A stretch of DNA of 64,000 nt from an uncultured bacterium (GCA_903936565.1 CAIZVZ010000001.1:159905-223904), one strand, 5' to 3'; shown: positions 39,259 to 48,368, counted from the stretch's first letter. The notes: generated by a model from the sequence alone, not told the origin. Numbers and translations are program-made.

Positions 39259-39669
39259 TTAGGCTTCGCACTTCTTACAGACGCCAAAAAACTCAACAGA
39301 ATGACTTTCTATGAAATTAAATTTCTTTGATTGAGAGAGTGCATCCTTATCTAGTAATTTATTACAGATACTTATCTCCTCTATGACCCCACAATCCTTA
39401 CATATCAGATGATGGTGATGATGCTCTGCTAGCTCATAGTGGGCAGAATCAGTGTGTACATTTACGAATCTCAATATACCCTTTTCCTCAAAGGTTGACA
39501 GTGTCCTATATATTGTTACTAAGTTAATATTCTGACCTTGCAGTTTTTGGAAAATATATTCAGCGTTTATTGGTCTGCAGTCACTTGAAAAAACCTCTAG
39601 AATCGCCAAGCGATTTGGCGTTACCTTTAGACCCACACTCATGAGTTTTGCTGATGTATCTTTCTTCAT
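39259..39669 (-). CDS. Fur-family metalloregulator (likely Zur-type)
   Basis: DNA-binding helix NRLAILEVF, HHHHH ... CKDC ... C-x2-C metal sites, and a length of 136 aa. It is divergent from a COG0523 gene. Confidence 0.8.
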   Translation of the reverse strand: MKKDTSAKLMSVGLKVTPNRLAILEVFSSDCRPINAEYIFQKLQGQNINLVTIYRTLSTFEEKGILRFVNVHTDSAHYELAEHHHHHLICKDCGVIEEISICNKLLDKDALSQSKKFNFIESHSVEFFGVCKKCEA

Positions 39670-39678
39670 AATGGTCTC

Positions 39679-39755
39679 ATTATATCCTAAATGTTAATGA
39701 TTTGCAATTAGCGCTCTATTAGGATATATTACTATTCAGGTGCAAAACATTTGCA
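39679..39755. promoter_or_regulatory. Back-to-back divergent promoters sharing one palindromic -35 (TTGCAA at 39702-39707), plus a palindromic operator candidate TGCAAAacaTTTGCA (39741-39755)
   Basis: Plus strand: TTGCAA-17-TATATT (39725-39730) drives the COG0523 gene. Minus strand: TTGCAA-17-TATAAT (revcomp of 39679-39684), 10 nt before the Fur ATG. The 6-3-6 inverted repeat lies just downstream of the plus-strand -10. Confidence 0.45.
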
Positions 39756-39809
39756 TCTGAAGATAGATCTTTAAATCAACAACAACAACCCCAGAGAACC
39801 GTAAGTAAA

Positions 39810-41459
39810 ATGAATACAACCATGCAACTATTCGCCGCTGTTGGCCCACTTGGAGCCGGCAAGACGACGTTTGTCCTGAACGTGATTCAGGCGTTAGAAT
39901 CCAGCGGATTTCCAACTAGAGAGAAAGTCGCCTTTGTCGTCAACGACGAAGGTCACATGCTCGATGGTGAGCTCGCAGGTAATTTGGCAAAAGTGGTCGC
40001 CATGACCAATGGATGCTTCACATGCAGCGACACCGCGGGACTCAAGACTACCCTAGCGAAACTTGAGCAATCAGGCATCACTTGGGCATTTTTGGAAGGC
40101 TTCGGCATCACTGCAGGAAATGAAACAAAACAATTCCTCGAATCGTGTCCGTACCCATTCCATATCCTCTGTCTTTTTTCGGCAAGGCATCACACCCTCG
40201 ACCTCATCAGGTATGCGGGCGTAGTGAAAAGCCAAGTGAGAGCCGCAACCCTGGCGGTTGGCGTCACCAAGTTCGAGGGTGGCAACATCCTAAGCCTTGA
40301 TGATTCAGGTATTCCGGAATTCGTAGCAGAAGAAAAACCCGGGATACCGCTCGTCCTTATTCCAAACACTCCCAACATTCCAGATGTCATCCTAGACATT
40401 TTCACAAAAGATGACAAAGGGGCGATGAGGAGACTTGCATCAACGTCAAATAGTGTGATTTTCCGAGATTTTAGACGCAGGCACCACACAAGCTGCGATT
40501 GTTGCGGACATGACCACAACGACCACTCGCACGATCATTATGTTCACGGTATGCACCCGTACTCCTATGAACTCATAGATGGAGCAACTCTCGAAGATCT
40601 CCGTAGGGCGTTCGACGGGAAGGAATTCCTACTCAGAGTAAAGGGTGCGGTTGGCGGACATCTCTTCAATGCGGTGCACGACGAATGGCAAGAAACGATT
40701 AAGGATCAAAGAAGGTTCGTTACGTTCTACACTTCGAGAGAGGTGAATATCGAAAGCGACCTTCCAGGCCTGACAGAGATTGTTGTCACCCAAGAAGTAC
40801 CTGCTGGGATGGAACCGGGATACAAGCTTATCCGCATGGAGACAGCAAGCCGCGATGAGACTATCCGGGAAATCAATGACCTCCTTGATGGGTCACCTAC
40901 CGAGCCTGTTGTGATTAGTTCTGAAGCTGGACTCCGCCTCATCACTCATCCAGAAAAATTCCAGATCGCCAAGGAAATCTCCCGGAGACCGTACGTTATT
41001 GACGAATGGTTCCCCCGTGTTCTGAAGCGCTTCATGAAATACTGGATTCGATGTGCGGAAATAGTAAAAGATCGTGCAAGCGAAATCGTCCCCGATGACA
41101 TCGCAAAAAACAGACACGAGCTAGCTGTGTCGATGGTCTGGTGGGTTAATCGCCACGGCGAATTCTTCGGAGCCGAAATTGTACAAGCGGTTGAAAGACT
41201 GCATCCAGGAGAAATGGCTGCCCAGGGAATCCTTTCCCTCCAAAGTCTAATCTCGATCACGCATCCAGAAACGGTTTCGTGGCAGTGCCTGGAATTCACT
41301 GAGGCTTTAAGCTATGGCTTAACACACGGCGACAATTCAGAGAGTATGCTCAAGGCAGCTCGTCACTGCCTATCCCTTGCTACAACGCCCGATCTGATTA
41401 AAGCCTGGTCGGAAAGTGTCGGAATTCTTGAGGAAAAATCCCGCGCAATTATTGCGTGA
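39810..41459 (+). CDS. COG0523/CobW-family G3E GTPase (putative zinc metallochaperone) with a His-rich insert and a ~250-aa C-terminal extension of unknown function
   Basis: Walker A GPLGAGKTT, VVNDEG, a variant metal-binding motif NGCFTCS (canonical GCxCC) and the His-rich stretch HDHNDHSHDHYVHGMH. At 549 aa it is much longer than typical (320-400 aa). Confidence 0.65.
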   Translation: MNTTMQLFAAVGPLGAGKTTFVLNVIQALESSGFPTREKVAFVVNDEGHMLDGELAGNLAKVVAMTNGCFTCSDTAGLKTTLAKLEQSGITWAFLEGFGITAGNETKQFLESCPYPFHILCLFSARHHTLDLIRYAGVVKSQVRAATLAVGVTKFEGGNILSLDDSGIPEFVAEEKPGIPLVLIPNTPNIPDVILDIFTKDDKGAMRRLASTSNSVIFRDFRRRHHTSCDCCGHDHNDHSHDHYVHGMHPYSYELIDGATLEDLRRAFDGKEFLLRVKGAVGGHLFNAVHDEWQETIKDQRRFVTFYTSREVNIESDLPGLTEIVVTQEVPAGMEPGYKLIRMETASRDETIREINDLLDGSPTEPVVISSEAGLRLITHPEKFQIAKEISRRPYVIDEWFPRVLKRFMKYWIRCAEIVKDRASEIVPDDIAKNRHELAVSMVWWVNRHGEFFGAEIVQAVERLHPGEMAAQGILSLQSLISITHPETVSWQCLEFTEALSYGLTHGDNSESMLKAARHCLSLATTPDLIKAWSESVGILEEKSRAIIA

Positions 41460-41466
41460 AAACCCG

Positions 41467-41517
41467 CCGCGACGCTTCAAATAGCCCACGGGTGAAATGG
41501 GCGTCGCGGCTTTTTAT
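41467..41517 (+). terminator. Stem-loop followed by a T-run between the COG0523 and NAS-like genes (terminator or attenuator)
   Basis: 9-bp stem ccgcgacgc/gcgtcgcgg with a long structured loop, followed by ctttttata. Confidence 0.4.
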
Positions 41518-41524
41518 ACAACAG

Positions 41525-42340
41525 ATGATAAACATAATTTTACAAAGAAAAAAAGACGAAATCCTCAACATTTATGAGGAGCTTTTGTCTGCAAAGAATT
41601 TGAAGCCATCTAAAAATATTAACGCCACATTTTCCGAGCTTGTGGCGATAGTACAAGATACACCCATTGAGCATTCAAGAGACATTTTGGATAACATTGA
41701 GATTCGAAAGATTCAAGACGATCTCCGGAGGATGTCATCAAGAGCAGAATCAGAGCTTGAGCTATTTTGGGTTAAGAATGTCCTCAAATCCCAGAACGCA
41801 GAAAAAATACTTAAGTTTTTTCCATATTACTCGAACTATGAGAAGATGTCCGATCTGGAAATCAAGAGTATGCAACTCTGTGATGTTCATAAGGGTCACA
41901 AGGCTTTGTTCGTAGGCTCTGGACCATTACCACTTTCTTCTATTATGATGGCTCGCAAGTGTGGAATATCAATCGATAATTTAGACATGGATGACGAGTC
42001 CTGCAAGTTATCAAAAGAACTTATTAAAAAGATTGGTCTTTCAAACAAAATAAAGACCATCAAAGGGAATATTCTTGACATACAAGATCTCTCTAATTAC
42101 CAAACAATCTTCATTGCTGCACTTGCAGGAGAAAATGATGAAGAGAAGGTAAAAATAATCGACCACATTGTCGCAAGGAGCAAAACAGATACCCACATCG
42201 TTATGCGTAGCGTAAGTGGTCTCGGTGTACTACTCTATCCCGAGATATCATCGACGCATCTGAAGAACATCAAGGTCATTCGCAGAAGTAAAAGCCCTCG
42301 CGATATTATTAACAACATAATCATAGGAAAAATAAAATAA
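41525..42340 (+). CDS. Nicotianamine synthase-like protein (NAS/CntL family; SAM-dependent aminobutyryl transferase)
   Basis: ALFVGSGPLPLSSIMMA and TIFIAALAGENDEEKVKIIDHI match the conserved NAS motifs (VGSGPLPL; FLAALVGM..EEK.K). The likely start is ATG 41525 (MINIILQ), although the track ORF begins at 41456. Confidence 0.65.
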   Translation: MINIILQRKKDEILNIYEELLSAKNLKPSKNINATFSELVAIVQDTPIEHSRDILDNIEIRKIQDDLRRMSSRAESELELFWVKNVLKSQNAEKILKFFPYYSNYEKMSDLEIKSMQLCDVHKGHKALFVGSGPLPLSSIMMARKCGISIDNLDMDDESCKLSKELIKKIGLSNKIKTIKGNILDIQDLSNYQTIFIAALAGENDEEKVKIIDHIVARSKTDTHIVMRSVSGLGVLLYPEISSTHLKNIKVIRRSKSPRDIINNIIIGKIK

Positions 42341-42341
42341 C

Positions 42342-42800
42342 ATGAATCATTATCAATTATCACAAACAAAAGAAAAGCTGGATTTATTACTGCATCAGTA
42401 TGCCGAATATAATAAAGCTACGACAGAGGAAGAAAGAAGTCGTATTGGAGACAGTATGATGTATGACGATCCTGTCGTCTGGATGATGTACAAGCATAAA
42501 GCATATTTGGGTGGCAAACACGAAATCACGACTGTGGGCAAACTCCGAGAACACTGCGGTGAGCATGGTGGCATATGTGCCAAGCGATTTAAGTTTCTAT
42601 CAATATACATCATGGCGAAATACAGCAAGAACATTAAAGATCCGAGGGAATTTCCGGATGAAATGCCAATAGAAGACCTGTACGGGAGCGAAATTTTGGA
42701 TACACTTGTAACCGATGAAAACCTAATGCATGACTGGAAACAGTATGAATTTTATCGAATAGACAACAAGGTTGCGAAATGGCAAAATTACCTCAACTAA
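42342..42800 (+). CDS. Hypothetical His/Cys-containing protein, translationally coupled to the NAS-like gene
   Basis: Starts 2 nt after the NAS stop. Contains REHCGEHGGICAKRF. No family recognised. Confidence 0.4.
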   Translation: MNHYQLSQTKEKLDLLLHQYAEYNKATTEEERSRIGDSMMYDDPVVWMMYKHKAYLGGKHEITTVGKLREHCGEHGGICAKRFKFLSIYIMAKYSKNIKDPREFPDEMPIEDLYGSEILDTLVTDENLMHDWKQYEFYRIDNKVAKWQNYLN

Positions 42801-42826
42801 TTACAGGGTAATTTTAAGGGCCCACC

Positions 42827-43429
42827 CTAGCGGACGGCATTAGGAACACTGACTAAGTGTGTCTTATCATTTAAATATTCTATATGCCACTTTTGCTTTT
42901 CTTGATTGTAAGTAAATTTAGAAACAGAGGCGTTATCAATGACCAAAGTATTATCCATCTTAATCAACAGATCTTCTGTTAATGAATCCTCAAGCATAAT
43001 ATACGAAATCAAACCCTTAAGAAAAATTGCATGGCTAACCACAACCACATGTTTATGAGATAAATTTTCAAGGAATAGCTTTGCTTCTTTAAGACGTTCT
43101 TTAAAGTCTTCAAATGTCTCACTGTGAACATAGGTCAAATCCATAGAGTAGGAACCTTTTCTTTCTTTTAGATATTCAAGTTGAGTTGGTTCTATATCCA
43201 CAGCCCCCCCCCCTATTTTAGTACCCGTTATTTTTGCTCGAAGAACCTTACTTGTAAATATCTTTTCAATTTTAATATCCTTAAAAATCAAAGCCAAAGA
43301 TTCAGATTGTTTAAGACCCACTTCTGTTAGACAATCCTCCATTGCTTTTGTTAAAGGATCTTTGTTTGAATGTGATTCAGCATGCCTAATAAAATAGATA
43401 TTAGTTCTCATGAGTATAATTATATACAA
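42827..43429 (-). CDS. Histidine phosphatase family protein (phosphoglycerate-mutase-like) with an internal G10 homopolymer
   Basis: IYFIRHAESHSN is the RHG motif. The likely start is MRTN at 43408. A run of 10 G on the coding strand (plus C10 at 43204-43213) encodes GGG. Confidence 0.6.
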   Translation of the reverse strand: MYIIILMRTNIYFIRHAESHSNKDPLTKAMEDCLTEVGLKQSESLALIFKDIKIEKIFTSKVLRAKITGTKIGGGAVDIEPTQLEYLKERKGSYSMDLTYVHSETFEDFKERLKEAKLFLENLSHKHVVVVSHAIFLKGLISYIMLEDSLTEDLLIKMDNTLVIDNASVSKFTYNQEKQKWHIEYLNDKTHLVSVPNAVR

Positions 43430-43434
43430 CTTAA

Positions 43435-43860
43435 CTAGATACTACCTTCTATGAAGGACTTAAGCTTATCCAAATCTTTCGCCTGAGGATTGTATTGATA
43501 CGACTTTATACCAATCGATTCGGCACTTTTAACAGCCTCATTGTTATGTTCAAAATATATCACGTCTTCCCTATTTAATTTTAGACTCTCAAGCATTGTT
43601 TCAAAATATTTTGGATCTATCTTATCTGGGTTGTGTTTCAAGGTAAAAATCTCGTATGGCAAATTCACCAGACCAAACGTTATCAACTGCTCATCATTAG
43701 CGTTAGTTAGAATAATTTTCTTGTTAGGATAAATTTCCAGTAGTTTAAACATCTCTTGATTTACTTGACCATCTACTACAAACGTATTAGCCGCATCTAC
43801 TAGGATTGTTTTCATATAATAAGATACTAACAAAATATAGACTAAAATGAAAGTTGGCAC
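43435..43860 (-). CDS. HAD-like hydrolase fragment/domain protein (hypothetical)
   Basis: 141 aa with weak HAD-like C-terminal motifs. Uncertain. Confidence 0.3.
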   Translation of the reverse strand: MPTFILVYILLVSYYMKTILVDAANTFVVDGQVNQEMFKLLEIYPNKKIILTNANDEQLITFGLVNLPYEIFTLKHNPDKIDPKYFETMLESLKLNREDVIYFEHNNEAVKSAESIGIKSYQYNPQAKDLDKLKSFIEGSI

Positions 43861-43885
43861 AAATTAGCTCTATACCAACAAAGTA

Positions 43886-44587
43886 TTAATGAGAGACAAT
43901 GACAGCCGACACAGCTTCACTCAATATTTGATGCGACTCAACCAGAAGATGAACGCCATCAACACCAGTTGATAATTGATCTTGAACATCCACAAGTACA
44001 CAATTATTTTCCCTCGCAACTAACGACAATACTTCCTTGAGCTCAATCGACTTTTGCATTGCACCTACAAACTTCCCATCCTTTTTAGCATAATCAGTCA
44101 ATTCATTTATAATTGCAGGAACAATAATTATCACTTGAGGAACTATCGATCGAAATTGAGAAGGTCGAGTGGTGATTGTCTGAATCAGCTTTTCTAAATT
44201 TTTTCCAACTTCTTCTGCGGAAAGATTAAACTCTGCCTTCAATTCATTTGCCCCAAGACAAACGACAACAAAATCAAGCGGATCATGAGAATCAAGACAA
44301 GCTAATATATATTCCATAGCACTTCTCTGTTCCTTACCAGGACGACTATCACCCTTAACTATTCCTCGCGAGTTCAAGCCTTCTTCAATTACTTCAAAGT
44401 TATCTCCAAGCAATTTCTGAAGAACCCCCGTCCAACGAATATTGACGGGGTATCTTTCACTCTTTGTACCAGGGACATAGCCCCAGGTATTAGAGTCTCC
44501 AAAACAGAGAACTCGCCTTGCATTTGGGTTGATATTCATAATCAAAAGTATAACACAAAGACAATATGAGTGTTTTGGCCATATCAC
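43886..44587 (-). CDS. SGNH/GDSL hydrolase (lipase/esterase)
   Basis: Block I motif VLCFGDSNTWG, plus a C-terminal DxxH. Confidence 0.7.
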   Translation of the reverse strand: MIWPKHSYCLCVILLIMNINPNARRVLCFGDSNTWGYVPGTKSERYPVNIRWTGVLQKLLGDNFEVIEEGLNSRGIVKGDSRPGKEQRSAMEYILACLDSHDPLDFVVVCLGANELKAEFNLSAEEVGKNLEKLIQTITTRPSQFRSIVPQVIIIVPAIINELTDYAKKDGKFVGAMQKSIELKEVLSLVARENNCVLVDVQDQLSTGVDGVHLLVESHQILSEAVSAVIVSH

Positions 44588-44814
44588 CTACCGAGTGATA
44601 TAATGTTTTAAATAAAAAAATGCAAGATATTAGAGACAAAATAAACAAAATTTGCACAGAAAACCAGCTTGGTGATTTATTATCCTTTGAAGATACTGAT
44701 ACATCCACATCCATCGAAAAACCTCCATTAGTCCATCTCCAATTTAGATTCCCATGAATGAACCAGTAGATTTGGCTGATATTTTTATGGTTCGAATGTC
44801 AATTTTACATATAA

Positions 44815-45561
44815 CTATATAGGGCTGGCATTAAAAATTGCCCCCTGTGTTTGACCATGCATGGTATTATAATCATATTCTTGATTATCAGCTTCCATTT
44901 GTTCGGACAACTCTTTTAATTTATTATCTAAATATTTCGCAGATGGTAAGCATGTCTTATTCTCCTGTAGAGTTTGTAAATAAGAATATACTTTTTTAGC
45001 GTTTTTTTCAGCTATATCAACATGCTTATTTTCATGTATTTGTAATGCAACCATGTACTTATCCCATTTTTCATTCAGCTTTTGATCTGTGTTCCTTGAA
45101 TTATCCCATTTTGGATATAAAATTACTGAATTAACTCCTACAGCAAAATCCTGAATATTACATATCTTATCAGACATATCGTCATAGCTATATCTGTTAT
45201 TAATTACAGAATATGTTATTGCGTCATACAAATGGGGGCCACATTTCTTAAATTGATAAATTATTTCACTTTCATTTGTTCCTCGTATCTCATAGTAAAT
45301 TTTACTGTTTGTCATTTTTAAGCCTGTTTTTGATGACAAATCAATATTCTCAGCTTTTCCTTCTGGTGTTGGCTGTGAACAATCTTTAGCCCAGTCAGAT
45401 ATTATTTCCTCTTTTATGGAAACAGCTATAGGTTTTTCTACAAAATGATTAACTACACTATCGAGATTTATTAAGACATATATACATACAACGATAAAAA
45501 TCAAAAGGAAGGAAATCGCAGTAATTTCAATGACGAGATTTTTGCCTTTTTGCGTTTCCAT
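44815..45561 (-). CDS. Membrane-anchored protein with an HExxH motif (DUF922-like putative Zn protease)
   Basis: N-terminal TM, then LQIHENKHVDIAEKNAKK. Confidence 0.35.
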   Translation of the reverse strand: METQKGKNLVIEITAISFLLIFIVVCIYVLINLDSVVNHFVEKPIAVSIKEEIISDWAKDCSQPTPEGKAENIDLSSKTGLKMTNSKIYYEIRGTNESEIIYQFKKCGPHLYDAITYSVINNRYSYDDMSDKICNIQDFAVGVNSVILYPKWDNSRNTDQKLNEKWDKYMVALQIHENKHVDIAEKNAKKVYSYLQTLQENKTCLPSAKYLDNKLKELSEQMEADNQEYDYNTMHGQTQGAIFNASPI

Positions 45562-45718
45562 ACAATTAAAATAAGTATAGCAAAAGTTCGGGTTCTGTCC
45601 TAGGTGGTTAAATGATCATCAATAAAAACTCCCAAATTAACAGCGACAGGTATCAGAGTTGTCATGAAAAAAATATATCAATTATTAATCTTGGTAATAA
45701 TTGGTGTCCCTAATTAAT

Positions 45719-46054
45719 CTATACGCCATCCCTTGACTCTTTTATCTTTTCAATTTCAATCATTATTTCTCTAAGTTGATCCTCAAGACTCTTAATTTCA
45801 CCCCCTCTAGCCTCAATTTCTATATTTATTAGGTTTACAGCATCAACCGCTGGAGGTTCTGAAAACAATAATTCCCCCATTCTTAAACCTGCCTGAAATT
45901 GTTCATCTCTCAGCTTTTCCAGTTGTCCGATTATCGAAGATTGTCTTTCTGAAATCTCTTCTAATCTTTGCTTGAGTGCATTCATTTTTTCTACCTTATC
46001 CAATAAATCTTGGTTTGGGTCAGAAGCAAGCGGTAGTTCATTAATCATTATCAT
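45719..46054 (-). CDS. Coiled-coil protein (hypothetical)
   Basis: 111 aa with a heptad-repeat-rich sequence. Confidence 0.3.
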   Translation of the reverse strand: MIMINELPLASDPNQDLLDKVEKMNALKQRLEEISERQSSIIGQLEKLRDEQFQAGLRMGELLFSEPPAVDAVNLINIEIEARGGEIKSLEDQLREIMIEIEKIKESRDGV

Positions 46055-46179
46055 ATTTAATATTTTATCAAATAACTATGTAATTTCCTAGTATCATTTC
46101 CTCTCATATAATTCACAATGCAATAGCTTGGGCATTAAGGTCATAGATATCCTACAGGCAAACAATCTAATGCGTACAG

Positions 46180-46788
46180 TTATAATGCACCAAAGACACC
46201 AAATTGAAACAGAGCGCCTATTATGACAACAAAAGTCAAAACCAAAATTCCAAATTGTACCCTACTCACTTCTTGAATTTCTTCCTTAAATACCACTTCA
46301 CATACACTACCGGGACAAAGTTGTGGTTTCTTCTTTGTAATCCATTCATACATCTTGCATCCAATACAAATTCCAAATGCCGTCTCAGAAAAAAGCAGGA
46401 TTAGACAAATACTACACACAACAAGATTTACGATTCCACTTGCGTTAAAAACAAATAGTAAAATAGCCATGAACGTGGCCATACAAAGCCCAAGTACCCA
46501 TGCAAAATATTTTTGTGGTGCGCCTGTATATTCTGGCTTTTGATTTTGAACGATTATTCTTCCCAATATCATAGCAGGTGCATATTTTGGATTTACAAAT
46601 AATCTAACAATAAATTCAATAAAGAAAAACACGACGAACATTCTTAAGAATAGAAAGTTCTGATCAAGGAATGCATTATAAAACGATAATGTTGCAAAAA
46701 AGAAGAGTATCCCTGCTGACGCTCGTATTTCTCTTTCATTAAATACTGGTATTTTATAACCAGTTACTATTTCTCCAAATTTTTTCAT
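46180..46788 (-). CDS. Polytopic membrane protein (DUF4395-like)
   Basis: 202 aa with 4 TM helices and a CxxC pair near the C-terminus. Confidence 0.35.
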   Translation of the reverse strand: MKKFGEIVTGYKIPVFNEREIRASAGILFFFATLSFYNAFLDQNFLFLRMFVVFFFIEFIVRLFVNPKYAPAMILGRIIVQNQKPEYTGAPQKYFAWVLGLCMATFMAILLFVFNASGIVNLVVCSICLILLFSETAFGICIGCKMYEWITKKKPQLCPGSVCEVVFKEEIQEVSRVQFGILVLTFVVIIGALFQFGVFGAL

Positions 46789-46936
46789 ATTTATGTTATA
46801 TCATTAATTCTAATAAATCACCATCGAGAAATTTTTTTCGAAAAAACATCAGACCATTTTCACTCAAGCGTGATATACTTAACATGTTAAAAGTAATTTA
46901 TAGCAACTTGCTAGCATTAGACTAAACAATAAATTT

Positions 46937-47845
46937 ATGAAATCAAAGGTATACAAAAACGAGGGTTCTATGGATCGATTATTACGCTCGCTTGTGGCTG
47001 AAGTTCTTATTCTCGGAGCGTATTTCTGGTTAGGCGGAGTATGGCAGGTAATATTGTATATTCTTGGTGGAATTAGTTTATTCACTTCTCTTACTGGATT
47101 TTGTACACTATATAAAGTAGTTGGAATAAATACATTTAAAGCTGGATCGAAACCAACATCTATTTATATTAGGGTTATTTTTGCGATTCTATTTATAGCC
47201 ATAGCTGTAGCCGGAAGTTATTATAGTGCATTCTTCACAAAGAAATTCTTCTTAGATGATTACAGTCGAATGAATAATTATTACAAGCAAACTCTCTTTT
47301 ATACAGGACAAGACAAGAGAGCAGAATCTATAATAAATTATGATCGTCTTATCGCTGAGTATTCAGTATTCCTATCAAAATACACAACGTATCACCCTCA
47401 TGCTATTAAATCAGACCAGCAATTCAATTCCGATATAGAAAAGGTGTCAGGAATAATTAATTCATTAAAGGAGAATGTATATACGGGAGATTTGAAACAA
47501 TCACACACTAGTTTTGAAGAAGTACGACCAATATTTCAAGACATATTAAAGAGAAATAATTTCTCAATGCTTGCAGTTACTCTGGTTGACTTTCACGATG
47601 CTATGGAGAAGATAATTACAGCAGCAGATGAAAAGGACGCAACACAATTACTCGCTGTATACCCCGAAGTAGATACCAAACTAAAGGCTGTTGAGGAAAT
47701 TGCGAATGACTCAGAGATACAAGCTATTCGTACAAAATTAGAAGAAGTTGTTACGTCGGCAAGAAATGGACAAGCAGATTTATTATCCGCAAAAGCCGCT
47801 GAACTCAAGAGTACTTTTGTGAAAGTATATCTTAAAAGAGGATAA
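46937..47845 (+). CDS. DUF2892 (YgaP-like) membrane domain fused to a soluble helical domain
   Basis: N-terminus SMDRLLRSLVAEVLILGAYFWLGG ... SLTGFCTLYKVVGINT resembles the YgaP/DUF2892 hairpin. Confidence 0.45.
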   Translation: MKSKVYKNEGSMDRLLRSLVAEVLILGAYFWLGGVWQVILYILGGISLFTSLTGFCTLYKVVGINTFKAGSKPTSIYIRVIFAILFIAIAVAGSYYSAFFTKKFFLDDYSRMNNYYKQTLFYTGQDKRAESIINYDRLIAEYSVFLSKYTTYHPHAIKSDQQFNSDIEKVSGIINSLKENVYTGDLKQSHTSFEEVRPIFQDILKRNNFSMLAVTLVDFHDAMEKIITAADEKDATQLLAVYPEVDTKLKAVEEIANDSEIQAIRTKLEEVVTSARNGQADLLSAKAAELKSTFVKVYLKRG

Positions 47846-47939
47846 GGAAAGAAAAAAGGCTACTGTATTGTATTAGAGGTGAAGGGCTGAAGAATACATA
47901 AAATCAATCTTTCTTTATTAATTTTTAATTTAAAACAAT

Positions 47940-48320
47940 ATGAAAAAGACAACATTAAGTTTGGGAATTTTGGCACTTGTACTGGGCGTAACAGCTATTT
48001 CAGCAGGTTCAGCTCTAGCCTACAGAGGTGACCCAACAGTTCATGGTCAAAATTATTCAGCAGAACGTCATACAGCAATGCTAAAAGCATTTGAGAATAA
48101 AGACTACACTGCTTGGAAAAGCCTTATGCAAAATAGAGGTATGGCAACAAAAGTTATTACTGAGGCGAATTTCGCAAAATTTGTAGAAGCACATAATCTC
48201 GCTTTACAAGGCAAAACAGTCGAGGCTCAAAAGATTCGCCAAGAACTTGGACTAGGTCTACATAATGGTTCTGGTAGAAATGGTGGAGGTATGGGGATGG
48301 GTAAAAATTTCAATCATTAA
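47940..48320 (+). CDS. Small secreted protein (hypothetical)
   Basis: Signal peptide MKKTTLSLGILALVLGVTAISAGSALA and a Gly/Met-rich C-terminus. Confidence 0.35.
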   Translation: MKKTTLSLGILALVLGVTAISAGSALAYRGDPTVHGQNYSAERHTAMLKAFENKDYTAWKSLMQNRGMATKVITEANFAKFVEAHNLALQGKTVEAQKIRQELGLGLHNGSGRNGGGMGMGKNFNH

Positions 48321-48336
48321 GATAATATAGGCCCTA

Positions 48337-48368
48337 CATCAAACTCCGGCTTTTGTCGGAGTTTGATG
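48337..48368 (+). terminator. Stem-loop terminator candidate
   Basis: 12-bp perfect stem catcaaactccg/cggagtttgatg with an 8-nt loop. The U-tract is weak. Confidence 0.4.

Noticed and set aside
40190-41299. Minus-strand ORFs of 72-117 aa inside the COG0523 gene
   Set aside because: Antisense shadow ORFs in a GC-rich coding region. The plus-strand GTPase motifs are unambiguous.
43202-43213. C10 tract as a possible assembly artefact
   Set aside because: It maintains the reading frame of a conserved histidine-phosphatase ORF (it encodes GGG), so it is more likely genuine than a collapsed repeat. I kept it as a finding rather than discarding it.
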